Translations under genes and position numbers: made by a program
Source: a virus
Lineage: Duplodnaviria > Heunggongvirae > Uroviricota > Caudoviricetes
Direction: 5' to 3' (one strand)
Length of the DNA: 64,000 nucleotides
IMG/VR virus record: IMGVR_UViG_3300028591_000088
The notes under the pieces: model-generated
What the model was told of the DNA's origin: nothing
The model's database searches: none
Seen by the model: the letters and a program-made list of their open reading frames with translations, nothing else
Shown here: positions 1-8,661 of the stretch, one piece after another
Position numbering within the stretch: position 1 is the stretch's first letter
Layout of the letters: each line of letters begins with the position of its first letter

Positions 1-106
1 TAATATTTATGCAGAAGAAGCAACTGATGAAGAGATAGAAATGAATGCTCCAGGAGGAGATGTTAATTGTTTGGAAATTGTTTACGACGAAAGAAATGAA
101 AAGTAA
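1..106 (+). CDS. 3' end of a hypothetical protein truncated by the window edge
   Basis: Frame from position 2 reads NIYAEEATDEEIEMNAPGGDVNCLEIVYDERNEK then TAA at 104-106, overlapping the next ATG at 96. Confidence 0.6.
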   Translation, partial: NIYAEEATDEEIEMNAPGGDVNCLEIVYDERNEK

Positions 107-776
107 TTTTATTCATGTTTGTTTTATTATTGATGAAAGTTCATCAATGTGGACCTCTGTTAATGATGTAAAAGGAGGTTTTGCTAAAATTATAGAAGAA
201 CAAAGAGCTAATGAAGAAGGAACCTGTGCTATCTCTATATTCAGATTTGCCACTGTTCCTAAGGAAGCTGACTTTATAATGGAAGATATTAAAAATGTTT
301 ATCCAGAATTAGCATATAATCCATCTGGATGTACAGCAATGTATGATGGAATAGGTAAGGCTATAGATGAAATAGGTGAAAGACTTGCTGCTATGCCTGA
401 AGAGGAACGTCCCGAGAAAAATCTTATTGTTATTATGACTGATGGTGAGGAAAATTCTTCTCGTAAATACCAGCCATCCAAAGTTAGAGAAATGATTAAA
501 CACCAGGAAGACAAGTATAATTGGACATTCCTTTATATAGGTACTGATATTTCTAATACTAATGATGCTGATAATATTGGTATTGGACGTAAATTTGCTA
601 CAACACGTGGTAAGTTAGGAAAGTCTTATGCCGCTATTAATACTGTAGTTTCTTGCTACCGTAACACAATAGGCGATGCTTCTCTCAAGGCAGCAACAAT
701 GGATATGTGCTTAAATAGTAATATTTCTAGTTTAAATGCTGAGTATTCTAAAGACACTGGTATAAAGATTGACTAA
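96..776 (+). CDS. von Willebrand factor A (vWA) domain protein
   Basis: MIDAS-type FIIDESSSM, later TAMYDGIG and IVIMTDGEENSS. ATG at 96 is preferred over 45 because 45-106 lies inside the upstream ORF. Confidence 0.85.
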   Translation: MKSNFIHVCFIIDESSSMWTSVNDVKGGFAKIIEEQRANEEGTCAISIFRFATVPKEADFIMEDIKNVYPELAYNPSGCTAMYDGIGKAIDEIGERLAAMPEEERPEKNLIVIMTDGEENSSRKYQPSKVREMIKHQEDKYNWTFLYIGTDISNTNDADNIGIGRKFATTRGKLGKSYAAINTVVSCYRNTIGDASLKAATMDMCLNSNISSLNAEYSKDTGIKID

Positions 777-1095
777 TATGAAATACTACTTAGTACAATA
801 TAATGACAATTATGGTGATGAATTTGACGTATATTTTCATCAAGTAATGACTGAAGATACACTAAAAGAAACTAAAGATTTAATTTCTAAAACAAATTGG
901 GAGTACGAGGAATTTTATTTCGGAACCAATGAATGTATAGAAGTTAGTTCTTTAGAATTATTGGAAGCTCTTTCTAAAGCTAAAGAAATAACAGAAGACC
1001 AATATAAAGTTCTTAGTGATTTGGGGTTACTCTCAATAGGTTTTGGAGATGGTCTTAATTGGGATAGTTTTATAGAATATATAGAGTTTGGATAA
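769..1095 (+). CDS. acidic hypothetical protein
   Basis: 108-aa ORF overlapping both neighbours; no recognisable motif. Confidence 0.75.
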   Translation: MTNMKYYLVQYNDNYGDEFDVYFHQVMTEDTLKETKDLISKTNWEYEEFYFGTNECIEVSSLELLEALSKAKEITEDQYKVLSDLGLLSIGFGDGLNWDSFIEYIEFG

Positions 1096-1991
1096 TGAGT
1101 AAGTTAGTATTATGTCAAGGCATTCAAGGCTCAGGTAAATCTACCTGGGCCAAAGCCTGGGCTAAGGAAGACCCAGAACATAGAGTAAGACTAAATTATG
1201 ATGATCTTCGTAATATGATGGGAGAGTATTGGGTTCCTAATAGAGAGAAAATGCTTAAAGTTTTAGAAGAAGCTTTTCTAAAGAAAGCAGTTCTTTCTAA
1301 TTATGATATTGTTATTGACAACATGAATCTCAATCCAAAAACCATTGCATATTATGAGGAATGGGCGAAAGAGTATAATTATGAAATTGAACGCATACTG
1401 TTTGACACTCCAGTCGAAGAATGTATTAGAAGAGATAAGAATAGACCCAATCCCATTGGTGAAATGGTCATTAAACGAACATGGAATACTTATAGGAACT
1501 ATATAATAAGTGAAAGCATTAAGAAAATGAAGGAGAAGGAAATGAAACAGAATCCTAATCTTCCTCATTGTATTCTTGTAGATATGGATGCCACTCTATT
1601 TTTGAACACTAGTGGTCGTCCTTTCTATGGTGATGACTTGGAACCAACCGACATTTTAAAGGATGAACCTATATTATCGACTATTACTTTGGTTAAGGCT
1701 TACCAAAATACTGGCAATTTGGTTATTGGTCTTAGTGGAAGAGAAGATAAACCCCAAATACGAGCTTGTACAATTAAACAATGCGAGAATCAGGGTATAC
1801 ATTTAGATGCTTTAATTCTTAGACCAATAGGTTCTCGCAAGAGAGGTGATGCTTCTAAGAAGGAACTCTTTGAAGAGCATATAAAAGGTAAGTATTATGT
1901 AGACTTTGTACTTGATGATTCTACTAAAGTGGTTAAGATGTACAGAGATATGGGTTTAACTTGTCTACAACCAAATGATGGAAAATTTTAA
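1095..1991 (+). CDS. pseT: polynucleotide 5'-kinase / 3'-phosphatase (T4 PseT-like)
   Basis: N-terminal P-loop GIQGSGKST with RLNYDDLR and IVIDNMN; C-terminal HAD domain ILVDMDAT, LSGRE, VLDD. Confidence 0.9.
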   Translation: MSKLVLCQGIQGSGKSTWAKAWAKEDPEHRVRLNYDDLRNMMGEYWVPNREKMLKVLEEAFLKKAVLSNYDIVIDNMNLNPKTIAYYEEWAKEYNYEIERILFDTPVEECIRRDKNRPNPIGEMVIKRTWNTYRNYIISESIKKMKEKEMKQNPNLPHCILVDMDATLFLNTSGRPFYGDDLEPTDILKDEPILSTITLVKAYQNTGNLVIGLSGREDKPQIRACTIKQCENQGIHLDALILRPIGSRKRGDASKKELFEEHIKGKYYVDFVLDDSTKVVKMYRDMGLTCLQPNDGKF

Positions 1992-2178
1992 GAAAATAGT
2001 AGAGAATGTCCTTCCAATATGTGCTGGACCTACAGGTAATACAATTATGTTTGGCCCTATTGATCCTTCATTACTAAGTCATCTATTAAAAGATTTATTA
2101 GATTCTAATATAAGGATAGATAATACTAATGGTAGGTACAGCTTTTCTTATGCTGGTAATTGGTTTACAATATGGTAA
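1975..2178 (+). CDS. hypothetical protein
   Basis: 67-aa ORF overlapping both neighbours in the operon. Confidence 0.65.
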   Translation: MMENFKKIVENVLPICAGPTGNTIMFGPIDPSLLSHLLKDLLDSNIRIDNTNGRYSFSYAGNWFTIW

Positions 2179-2450
2179 AGAATACAGTAACTATTGAACA
2201 AGTAAAGGAGAATATGCAAGACGTAATAGTTAGAACTCTTGATGATTTTGGTAAGCCCTGTACGTATGTAACAGTACGTATGAAGAATGGCTTTACTCTT
2301 AGAGAGTCTACTACTTGTGTTGATCCTGCAAACTATAATGAAGATATAGGCAAAGAGATTTGTCTAAAAAGAATAGAGAATCAAATATGGTTCTTACTTG
2401 GATATCAACTCCAAGAAGACCTGTTTAGAAGCGGTGAATTGGTGCTATGA
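2172..2450 (+). CDS. N4 gp49 / Sf6 gp66 family phage protein
   Basis: Characteristic MKNGFTLRESTTCVDPANYNEDIGKEIC...IENQIWFLLGYQL; ATG at 2172. Confidence 0.8.
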   Translation: MVKNTVTIEQVKENMQDVIVRTLDDFGKPCTYVTVRMKNGFTLRESTTCVDPANYNEDIGKEICLKRIENQIWFLLGYQLQEDLFRSGELVL

Positions 2451-2578
2451 AGATGAGTAATTGTTTTGGGTGTGGTTATCACAGACTTGAAAAAGATGGT
2501 AAAGGAGTTCCCTATCACTATTGTTCGGATAGAGATTGTAGAGTAGATCCACATGAACCTGAATGTAATTATGACTGA
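2447..2578 (+). CDS. small Cys/His-rich protein (43 aa), missing from the ORF track
   Basis: MKMSNCFGCGYHRLEKDGKGVPYHYCSDRDCRVDPHEPECNYD*; ATGA overlap with the upstream stop and overlaps the ATG at 2571. Confidence 0.7.
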   Translation: MKMSNCFGCGYHRLEKDGKGVPYHYCSDRDCRVDPHEPECNYD

Positions 2579-2921
2579 ACAAGAATTTTTACAAAAAAGA
2601 AAACCAGTATTTGTAGATCCAGATTCTGGACTTGCTACAATAGTAAGTAATCAGAATCTTAAAGATAAGAACTTTGCTGAAATATTATCTAATCAAAAGA
2701 TATATTGGTTAAATACTATAAGAGGCTATATAATGGATGATCATTTAATGTTATATATAAATGATTATGAAATTCCTAATTTTGCTATAGGTACTTGTAT
2801 TTACTTCTTCAACTTCTTTCCAGAGATAAAGTGGATAGGACTTGGCTGTAATAAAGGATGTATAGGAGAATTATGGCCTCCAAAACTAAAAGTGTATAAG
2901 TGTGATATATGTAGTAACTAA
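2571..2921 (+). CDS. hypothetical protein
   Basis: Start at MTEQEF (ATG 2571) fits coupling to the 43-aa ORF; ends TAA. Confidence 0.7.
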   Translation: MTEQEFLQKRKPVFVDPDSGLATIVSNQNLKDKNFAEILSNQKIYWLNTIRGYIMDDHLMLYINDYEIPNFAIGTCIYFFNFFPEIKWIGLGCNKGCIGELWPPKLKVYKCDICSN

Positions 2922-5175
2922 TCAAACATCTTTCTTTTCTAAGTTTCCAAGAGTCACAATTAAAGAATCTCTTGAAATTATAGAGAGTTGGACTAGTATA
3001 CAATTTGACTCTGAAACTTTAGGAAAAGACCCTCATGTAGGGAAACCTTTATCCGCCCAATTTGGTGCTCCAGATAAAAGTATACAGTTTGTAGTAGATT
3101 GGACTACTGTTGATATACGTCTTTATAAAGATGTACTTGAAAGTAAACTTATTATAGGACAGAATTTAAAGTTTGATTTACAATGGCTTTATAATTATGA
3201 AATAGTCCCATTAAAGGTTTATGATACTATGATAGCTGAACAGCTTATATATTTAGGATTTCCTCCCGCTGGTAAGCCAGGAGGAATATCTTATGCTCTT
3301 AATGAGATTGCTATGCGTTATCTTGGTAAGTACATTGATAAAACTATTAGAGGACAAATTCAATATAAAGGTCTAGATGATGATGTCATAGAGTATGCTG
3401 CTAATGATGTTGTAGACTTAACAGATATAGCTAAAAAGCAAATTGAGATTTGTAAGAAACGTAAATGTATGAGAGCATTGCAAATCGAAATGAACTTCGT
3501 TCCAGTTATTGCATATCTAGAGTGGTGTGGAATCAAATTAGATATAAATAAATGGAAAGCTAAAATGACTAAAGATGAAAATAATAGAAAAGAAAGACTT
3601 GAAAAATTAAATCAATTCCTTATTAAATGGTATCAAGATAGAAATGGTAAAGATAATACTGTAGGAGTTCCATATGTAATATCTTCTTTTAATAGTTCTC
3701 ATATACAAGAACCTCCTCCGTCTGCTAAACCTATGTCTCGTCCATATAAGAAAGAAGGAAATATAGATGACCTATTCCAGGATTTTTCTATTCCATTCTA
3801 TATTACAAATAAAAGTGGAAAGATAATCCCCTTTATAAAAGTAGATTTACAGGGGGATTTGTGGAGTGGATTTTGCACAGAACCTCAATGTGTACTTAAT
3901 TGGGATAGTTCTGATCAAGTTATTTATTTCTGTCAGTTATTAGGATTCAATACTAAAGTAGAAGATAAGACTACAGGAGAAGATAAAGACTCTGTAGTGG
4001 AAAAGGCCCTCAAAGTACAAAAAGGAATTAATGATGAATTTCTAAAATTGTATTTTGATTATAAAGAAGCATCTAAAGTGTGTAGTACTTATGGTCAAAC
4101 TTATCTGAATGCTATAAACCCAAATACTGGAAGAATACATACTAACTTTAAACAGCTTGGAGCCTCATCAGGTAGAATGGCTTGTGGAAGTAAGCAAAAT
4201 AATGAAGACCTTGCTAAACTTAAACATGCAGAATTAGCTAAACTTCCTACTAAACTTAGAAAATGTGGATATCCGCAATTACAGAATCTTCCTGCTGACC
4301 ACGACACTAGAGGTGCATTTGTTCCAGAGAAAGGAAATTTAATGTGTAGTTGTGATTATTCTGCTCTAGAGAGTAGACTTGGTGCTGATATTTATAATGA
4401 GCAATCAATGATTGATGAATATTTATATGGCACTGGAGATATTCATTCCCTTACTGCTAAGCATTGTTTTCCTATAGAACTAGCTGGAATAGAAGTTAAA
4501 GATATTAAAGAAAAAAGACCTGACCTTAGAAGTAGAGCTAAGCCTGTAGAGTTTAGTCAGCAATTTGGAGGAAGTGCTAAAGCAATACAAAATGCTCTTG
4601 CTTGTACTAAAGAAGAAGCAGAAACGATTGCTAAGGCATATAATGAAGGTTTCGCTGGTATTGCACGTTTTAAAGAAATAGGTTTTAAGAAAGTATGTCA
4701 AACAGGATATGTACTTATATGTAAATATACTGGACATAGAACTTATATGCCAGACTGGAAAGAATGGAGAGAAGCAATGGATGATGAAGAATTCTGGACA
4801 AAGTATGATTATCTACATGATACCTTGCCTTATAAAGAATTCTGTAAAACTTATGAATATCATAAAGCTTCCGAGCTTCGTAAAACTTCTTCTAAATGGT
4901 CTAGACTAGCTCTTAATTCTCCTACTCAAGGTAGTGGTATCATAATTTTAAAAGATGCTATGGCTAATTTCTTTAAATGGATTATAGAAAATGGGTATTT
5001 TAATATTATAAAGATTTGTGATTTAGTTCATGATGAAGCTGTAATTGAATATCCTGAAACTATGCCTGAAGTAGCTAACATTCTTAAGAATTTTATGGAA
5101 GAATCTTCTGCTAAGTTCTGTAAGAAATTACCCATACCAGCAGTACCTGAGTGTGGTGATCATTGGATTCATTAA
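2902..5175 (+). CDS. polA: DNA polymerase family A with 3'-5' exonuclease domain
   Basis: ExoI FDSETLG, ExoII GQNLKFD, ExoIII YAANDV; QLQNLP; motif A CDYSALESR; motif B RSRAKPVEF; motif C LVHDEAV; GTG start. Confidence 0.95.
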   Translation: MIYVVTNQTSFFSKFPRVTIKESLEIIESWTSIQFDSETLGKDPHVGKPLSAQFGAPDKSIQFVVDWTTVDIRLYKDVLESKLIIGQNLKFDLQWLYNYEIVPLKVYDTMIAEQLIYLGFPPAGKPGGISYALNEIAMRYLGKYIDKTIRGQIQYKGLDDDVIEYAANDVVDLTDIAKKQIEICKKRKCMRALQIEMNFVPVIAYLEWCGIKLDINKWKAKMTKDENNRKERLEKLNQFLIKWYQDRNGKDNTVGVPYVISSFNSSHIQEPPPSAKPMSRPYKKEGNIDDLFQDFSIPFYITNKSGKIIPFIKVDLQGDLWSGFCTEPQCVLNWDSSDQVIYFCQLLGFNTKVEDKTTGEDKDSVVEKALKVQKGINDEFLKLYFDYKEASKVCSTYGQTYLNAINPNTGRIHTNFKQLGASSGRMACGSKQNNEDLAKLKHAELAKLPTKLRKCGYPQLQNLPADHDTRGAFVPEKGNLMCSCDYSALESRLGADIYNEQSMIDEYLYGTGDIHSLTAKHCFPIELAGIEVKDIKEKRPDLRSRAKPVEFSQQFGGSAKAIQNALACTKEEAETIAKAYNEGFAGIARFKEIGFKKVCQTGYVLICKYTGHRTYMPDWKEWREAMDDEEFWTKYDYLHDTLPYKEFCKTYEYHKASELRKTSSKWSRLALNSPTQGSGIIILKDAMANFFKWIIENGYFNIIKICDLVHDEAVIEYPETMPEVANILKNFMEESSAKFCKKLPIPAVPECGDHWIH

Positions 5176-5176
5176 T

Positions 5177-5242
5177 ATGAATATAATAACTTTATGTATA
5201 ATTGGCTTCTTTATAGGAGCTATTTTAGGTTCTAATTCTTAA
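5177..5242 (+). CDS. 21-aa hydrophobic peptide
   Basis: MNIITLCIIGFFIGAILGSNS* exactly fills the gap between polA and the radical SAM gene. Confidence 0.5.
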   Translation: MNIITLCIIGFFIGAILGSNS

Positions 5243-5246
5243 AATT

Positions 5247-5834
5247 ATGAATAAAAGATGTAGATTATTACTAACAACTAAGTGCCCAAATAATTGTCCA
5301 CTGTGTTGTAACAAACAATTTGATTTGTTTAAAGATGTTCCTGTTATAGATAGATGGGACTATGATGAATTCATCCTTACGGGTGGAGAACCTTTACAAT
5401 TTCCATTAGAAGTAATTAATCTCATACGTAATGTAAAGACTATAACTGACTATATGGGAATTTCTTCAAAGATTTATTTGTATACTTCTATATGTAAACC
5501 TTTTATATGGAATGATTTATTTCCTTATATAGATGGAATTACGTATACTGTACATACAAAGGAAAATGCTAAAGAATTAGTGCAGCTTATTCACGTTCTA
5601 AATAATTCTGAAACTGGATATGACTCTGTATTACAAGCTTTATGTAGTTATAATAAATCTTTGTGGTTAAACTTATTCCCAGAAGCTAAAGAGTTTATAA
5701 ATAGCGAATTAGCATTATCTAAATATAAATGGGATGATATAGCTAGATATTTTAAAATAAGACAAATGGAATGGAAAGAGAATTGTCCAGTTCCTGAAGG
5801 CGAAGACTTTAGAAGACTTAACAATCCTTGGTAA
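5247..5834 (+). CDS. short radical SAM protein (NrdG/QueE-like size)
   Basis: CxxxCxxC motif CPNNCPLC and ILTGGEP. Confidence 0.85.
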   Translation: MNKRCRLLLTTKCPNNCPLCCNKQFDLFKDVPVIDRWDYDEFILTGGEPLQFPLEVINLIRNVKTITDYMGISSKIYLYTSICKPFIWNDLFPYIDGITYTVHTKENAKELVQLIHVLNNSETGYDSVLQALCSYNKSLWLNLFPEAKEFINSELALSKYKWDDIARYFKIRQMEWKENCPVPEGEDFRRLNNPW

Positions 5835-5837
5835 AAT

Positions 5838-6041
5838 ATGTGGATAGTTACTAATAAAGATGGATCTAAATGGTTATATGAGAAAAAGCCAGAAAGAAAC
5901 AACAAGGAATGGTACTCAGAAGGAATGGCTGCTTTATTAAGTGGAGCAGTCTTTCCTTTTAACAATCTTCCTGCATTTATAGAACAACAACAATGGAAAG
6001 ATTCTCCAATACAAGTTAAATTTGAAATTAAAAAGAAATGA
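5838..6041 (+). CDS. small hypothetical phage protein
   Basis: 67-aa ORF MWIVTNKDGSKWLYEKKP...; ATGA-coupled to the next ORF. Confidence 0.7.
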   Translation: MWIVTNKDGSKWLYEKKPERNNKEWYSEGMAALLSGAVFPFNNLPAFIEQQQWKDSPIQVKFEIKKK

Positions 6042-6169
6042 CAGTTCAAATTATAATTAGTAGAGATTTTGATCTTTCTGATGAAGATTTAGCATTTCAT
6101 TTAAATAATACAATCTTAGATTATATAACTAGAAATGATTGGACTATAGATAATATAAGTACTATATGA
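6038..6169 (+). CDS. 43-aa hypothetical protein, missing from the ORF track
   Basis: MTVQIIISRDFDLSDEDLAFHLNN...ISTI*; ATGA overlaps at both ends. Confidence 0.65.
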   Translation: MTVQIIISRDFDLSDEDLAFHLNNTILDYITRNDWTIDNISTI

Positions 6170-6315
6170 AAACTTACTATTTTAGACTTTATCAATGCGG
6201 TGATGAAGATGGAGATACTATATTTGTAACTGCTGCTACATGGTCACAAGCAGAAGAACAAGTATTTCAGGATTATCATTCTATTGATAGACTTGATAGA
6301 CTTTATTGTAAATGA
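6166..6315 (+). CDS. 49-aa hypothetical protein, missing from the ORF track
   Basis: MKTYYFRLYQCGDEDGDTIFVTAATWSQAEEQVFQDYHSIDRLDRLYCK*; ATGA overlaps at both ends. Confidence 0.7.
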   Translation: MKTYYFRLYQCGDEDGDTIFVTAATWSQAEEQVFQDYHSIDRLDRLYCK

Positions 6316-7262
6316 AATTTATTGAACCCTCTGTTGAAATTATCCAGCAAGAACCTGGAATTAATGGAATGATGAAGATGATAGAATTAGCTGGACGTAC
6401 AGCATATAAATCAGAAGATCGTATAACAGAAGATTCAGCAAAGAAGTTTGTGAAGATGCTTAAGCAAAAAGAACACGGTGCTGCACTAGAGCATGGTACT
6501 TGTTATCTTGCTATTCCACGTGAAGTTTGGAATGAAATTGTAGATGATCATGATTTTAACTTCATGGATTGTCCATATCAATGGTTTGGATATTCAGAAG
6601 TAATTAATGACTATATTCATCTAACTACTAATTATAGAGTACTTGTAGAACATGGCTATGAATCTCTATTAGATGGAATGGTGGAACCAACTGCGGAGGA
6701 CTTTGAAAATGAAATCTTCAAGAGAAGAATTACTGTGAAATTCACATGTGACAGAGGAGTAAGCCATGAATTTGTAAGGCATAGAGTTTTCAGTTTTTTA
6801 CAAGAAAGTACAAGATACTGTAACTATAGTAAAGACAAATTTGGAGGAGAAATAACATTTATTATTCCTAGATGGATACATGATATTCAGGAAGATATAG
6901 CCTCAACCGTAGATCCTCTTACATATGAAAGTAGAGAAAGCCTTAGAAAATATCAAGGAAAAGCATTAATGGATATGCTGTGTGTTTATGATAGAACTGT
7001 TGCACAGTATGTGGACACATTATCTAATATAGAGAGGTGTTATTTAGATATGATTACTCTGGATGATGGAACTAAATTAGTTCCACAGCAGGCAAGACAG
7101 ATACTTCCTAACTGTTTAAAGACTGAGTTAATTATGACTGGTACTATAGAACAATGGAAGGGATTCTTTAAACTAAGATGTGCTACATCTGCACATCCTG
7201 ATGCTAGACATCTTGCTACTCAGTTAGAAGAAAAATTCCGCAATGCAGGTTATTTAAATTAA
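6312..7262 (+). CDS. thyX: flavin-dependent thymidylate synthase
   Basis: HGAALEH, ThyX signature SHEFVRHRVFSFLQESTRY, ARQILPNCLKTE, FFKLRC...AHPDAR. Confidence 0.95.
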   Translation: MKFIEPSVEIIQQEPGINGMMKMIELAGRTAYKSEDRITEDSAKKFVKMLKQKEHGAALEHGTCYLAIPREVWNEIVDDHDFNFMDCPYQWFGYSEVINDYIHLTTNYRVLVEHGYESLLDGMVEPTAEDFENEIFKRRITVKFTCDRGVSHEFVRHRVFSFLQESTRYCNYSKDKFGGEITFIIPRWIHDIQEDIASTVDPLTYESRESLRKYQGKALMDMLCVYDRTVAQYVDTLSNIERCYLDMITLDDGTKLVPQQARQILPNCLKTELIMTGTIEQWKGFFKLRCATSAHPDARHLATQLEEKFRNAGYLN

Positions 7263-7272
7263 TAAAAACTTT

Positions 7273-7509
7273 ATGCTTAAATTTATTCTTAAACTCATCT
7301 TTGGTGATTATAATCACCGTATTGCTAGATCTATGTCAGCATTTACTAAGATTATAGATAAAGCTACCAAACTTAACGAGGAAATGCGTGCTGACATCTA
7401 TAAGAAAGAAGCTAAGATTGCTGAACTTAATGCTGATATAAATGATATTAATAATAGCATTAATCGTAATACTAAATTTATAACTAATGTCCAAAAGCTC
7501 ACAGAATAA
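7273..7509 (+). CDS. small coiled-coil protein
   Basis: 78 aa with a heptad-like C-terminal half (IAELNADINDINNSINRN). Confidence 0.7.
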   Translation: MLKFILKLIFGDYNHRIARSMSAFTKIIDKATKLNEEMRADIYKKEAKIAELNADINDINNSINRNTKFITNVQKLTE

Positions 7510-7591
7510 GAAAGGTTTCCTATCTAAGATAGGAGCCTTTTTTGAAGTAATAGGCGAAATTTTAGGAGAGATACTTGATGAATTCGATTAA
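7487..7591 (+). CDS. 34-aa amphipathic peptide overlapping a terminator-like hairpin
   Basis: MSKSSQNKKGFLSKIGAFFEVIGEILGEILDEFD*; bridges 7509 to 7578. Confidence 0.5.
   Translation: MSKSSQNKKGFLSKIGAFFEVIGEILGEILDEFD
7511..7543 (+). terminator. possible intrinsic terminator
   Basis: aaaggtttcctatc-taa-gataggagccttt followed by a T-run; lies inside the possible 34-aa ORF. Confidence 0.45.
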
Positions 7592-7823
7592 AAGATGGTG
7601 GAGAAATCATCGATGGGTTGATGTTAGGGATAATTATATTATTCCTCATAAAAATACAACCTTTTGGCTTACTGATTATTCAGTAAAAGAAGCTAGAAAA
7701 TTTATGATAGAACATCCATCTAAATTTTATACTTATATATTTACTCCAGGACCAATAGGAGTATGTATAAAGATAAAAGGTGGAGAAGTAGAAAAGGATA
7801 TTACTGATTATGAATCTTGGTAA
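7578..7823 (+). CDS. hypothetical protein
   Basis: About 81-aa ORF; ATG at 7578. Confidence 0.65.
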   Translation: MNSIKRWWRNHRWVDVRDNYIIPHKNTTFWLTDYSVKEARKFMIEHPSKFYTYIFTPGPIGVCIKIKGGEVEKDITDYESW

Positions 7824-7825
7824 AT

Positions 7826-8059
7826 ATGGAAAAAAATGAAAAACTTGAAGGTATTAAAGGAATTTTAGAAAATGAAGATTTTGGAAGAATGTGGATGAAA
7901 ATGCACACACCTTGGGTGCATAGACACAAAAAAGTACAACGTAATGAGATATGCCCATTCTGTAATTCTGGACTAAAATATAAGCAGTGTGAATGTTATG
8001 AGAATAGATTTAATGGTAAGTATGTTCTTGATGAAAAACATACAAAAGGATGGAAATAA
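7826..8059 (+). CDS. SEC-C-like zinc-binding motif protein
   Basis: KKVQRNEICPFCNSGLKYKQCEC resembles the SecA C-terminal motif KxGRNDPCPCGSGKKYKxC. Confidence 0.75.
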   Translation: MEKNEKLEGIKGILENEDFGRMWMKMHTPWVHRHKKVQRNEICPFCNSGLKYKQCECYENRFNGKYVLDEKHTKGWK

Positions 8060-8661
8060 TTACTAAATATAGTGTAGATACTCCTATATTCTTTACATCA
8101 GATTCTCATTTTTGCCATAAAAATATAATCACATTTTGTGGACGTCCATTTGATACTGTAGAAGAAATGAATCAAGTTCTTATAGATAATTGGAATAAGA
8201 CAGTAGGTCCTACTGATATAGTATATCATCTTGGAGACTTTTGTTTTGCAGGTTCTGCAGAATGGCATCATATTCTTAGTTGTTTAAATGGGCGTATTCA
8301 CCTTATATTAGGTAATCATGATGAAAAGAATCTTAGACAAGGATATATGAATTTGTTTGAAAGTGTTAGTTATCAACAGCATATAGTTATTGGTCCTGAC
8401 AATTTTTATTTAAATCATTATCCTTATCTATGTTATCCTGGGCATCACTCTCATACTTACCAGTTGTTTGGACATATCCATAGTAGTCCTTATTTATTTG
8501 AAGGTATAGATGCTGCAAAGGCTAAAAGAATATTAACTCCTACTCAATATGATGTAGGAGTAGATTGGAATAATTTTACTCCTATAAGTTATGAGGAAGT
8601 AATAAAAAAGTTAAAATACCAAGTAGATAATAAAGTAAATATGTATGACAATCCTAATTAA
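8050..8661 (+). CDS. calcineurin-like metallophosphoesterase
   Basis: FTSDSHFCH, HLGDF, LGNHD, LNHYP, FGHIH. Confidence 0.9.
   Translation: MEIITKYSVDTPIFFTSDSHFCHKNIITFCGRPFDTVEEMNQVLIDNWNKTVGPTDIVYHLGDFCFAGSAEWHHILSCLNGRIHLILGNHDEKNLRQGYMNLFESVSYQQHIVIGPDNFYLNHYPYLCYPGHHSHTYQLFGHIHSSPYLFEGIDAAKAKRILTPTQYDVGVDWNNFTPISYEEVIKKLKYQVDNKVNMYDNPN

Noticed and set aside
45-95. Longer upstream starts given by the ORF track (45, 2160, 2553, 7817, 12796, 13517)
   Set aside because: They run deep into upstream genes or use TTG/GTG-type starts; downstream ATGs fit the coupling pattern better.
2902-5175. Intein or intron in polA
   Set aside because: The reading frame is continuous, the length is normal, and no C/S...HN splice motifs were seen.
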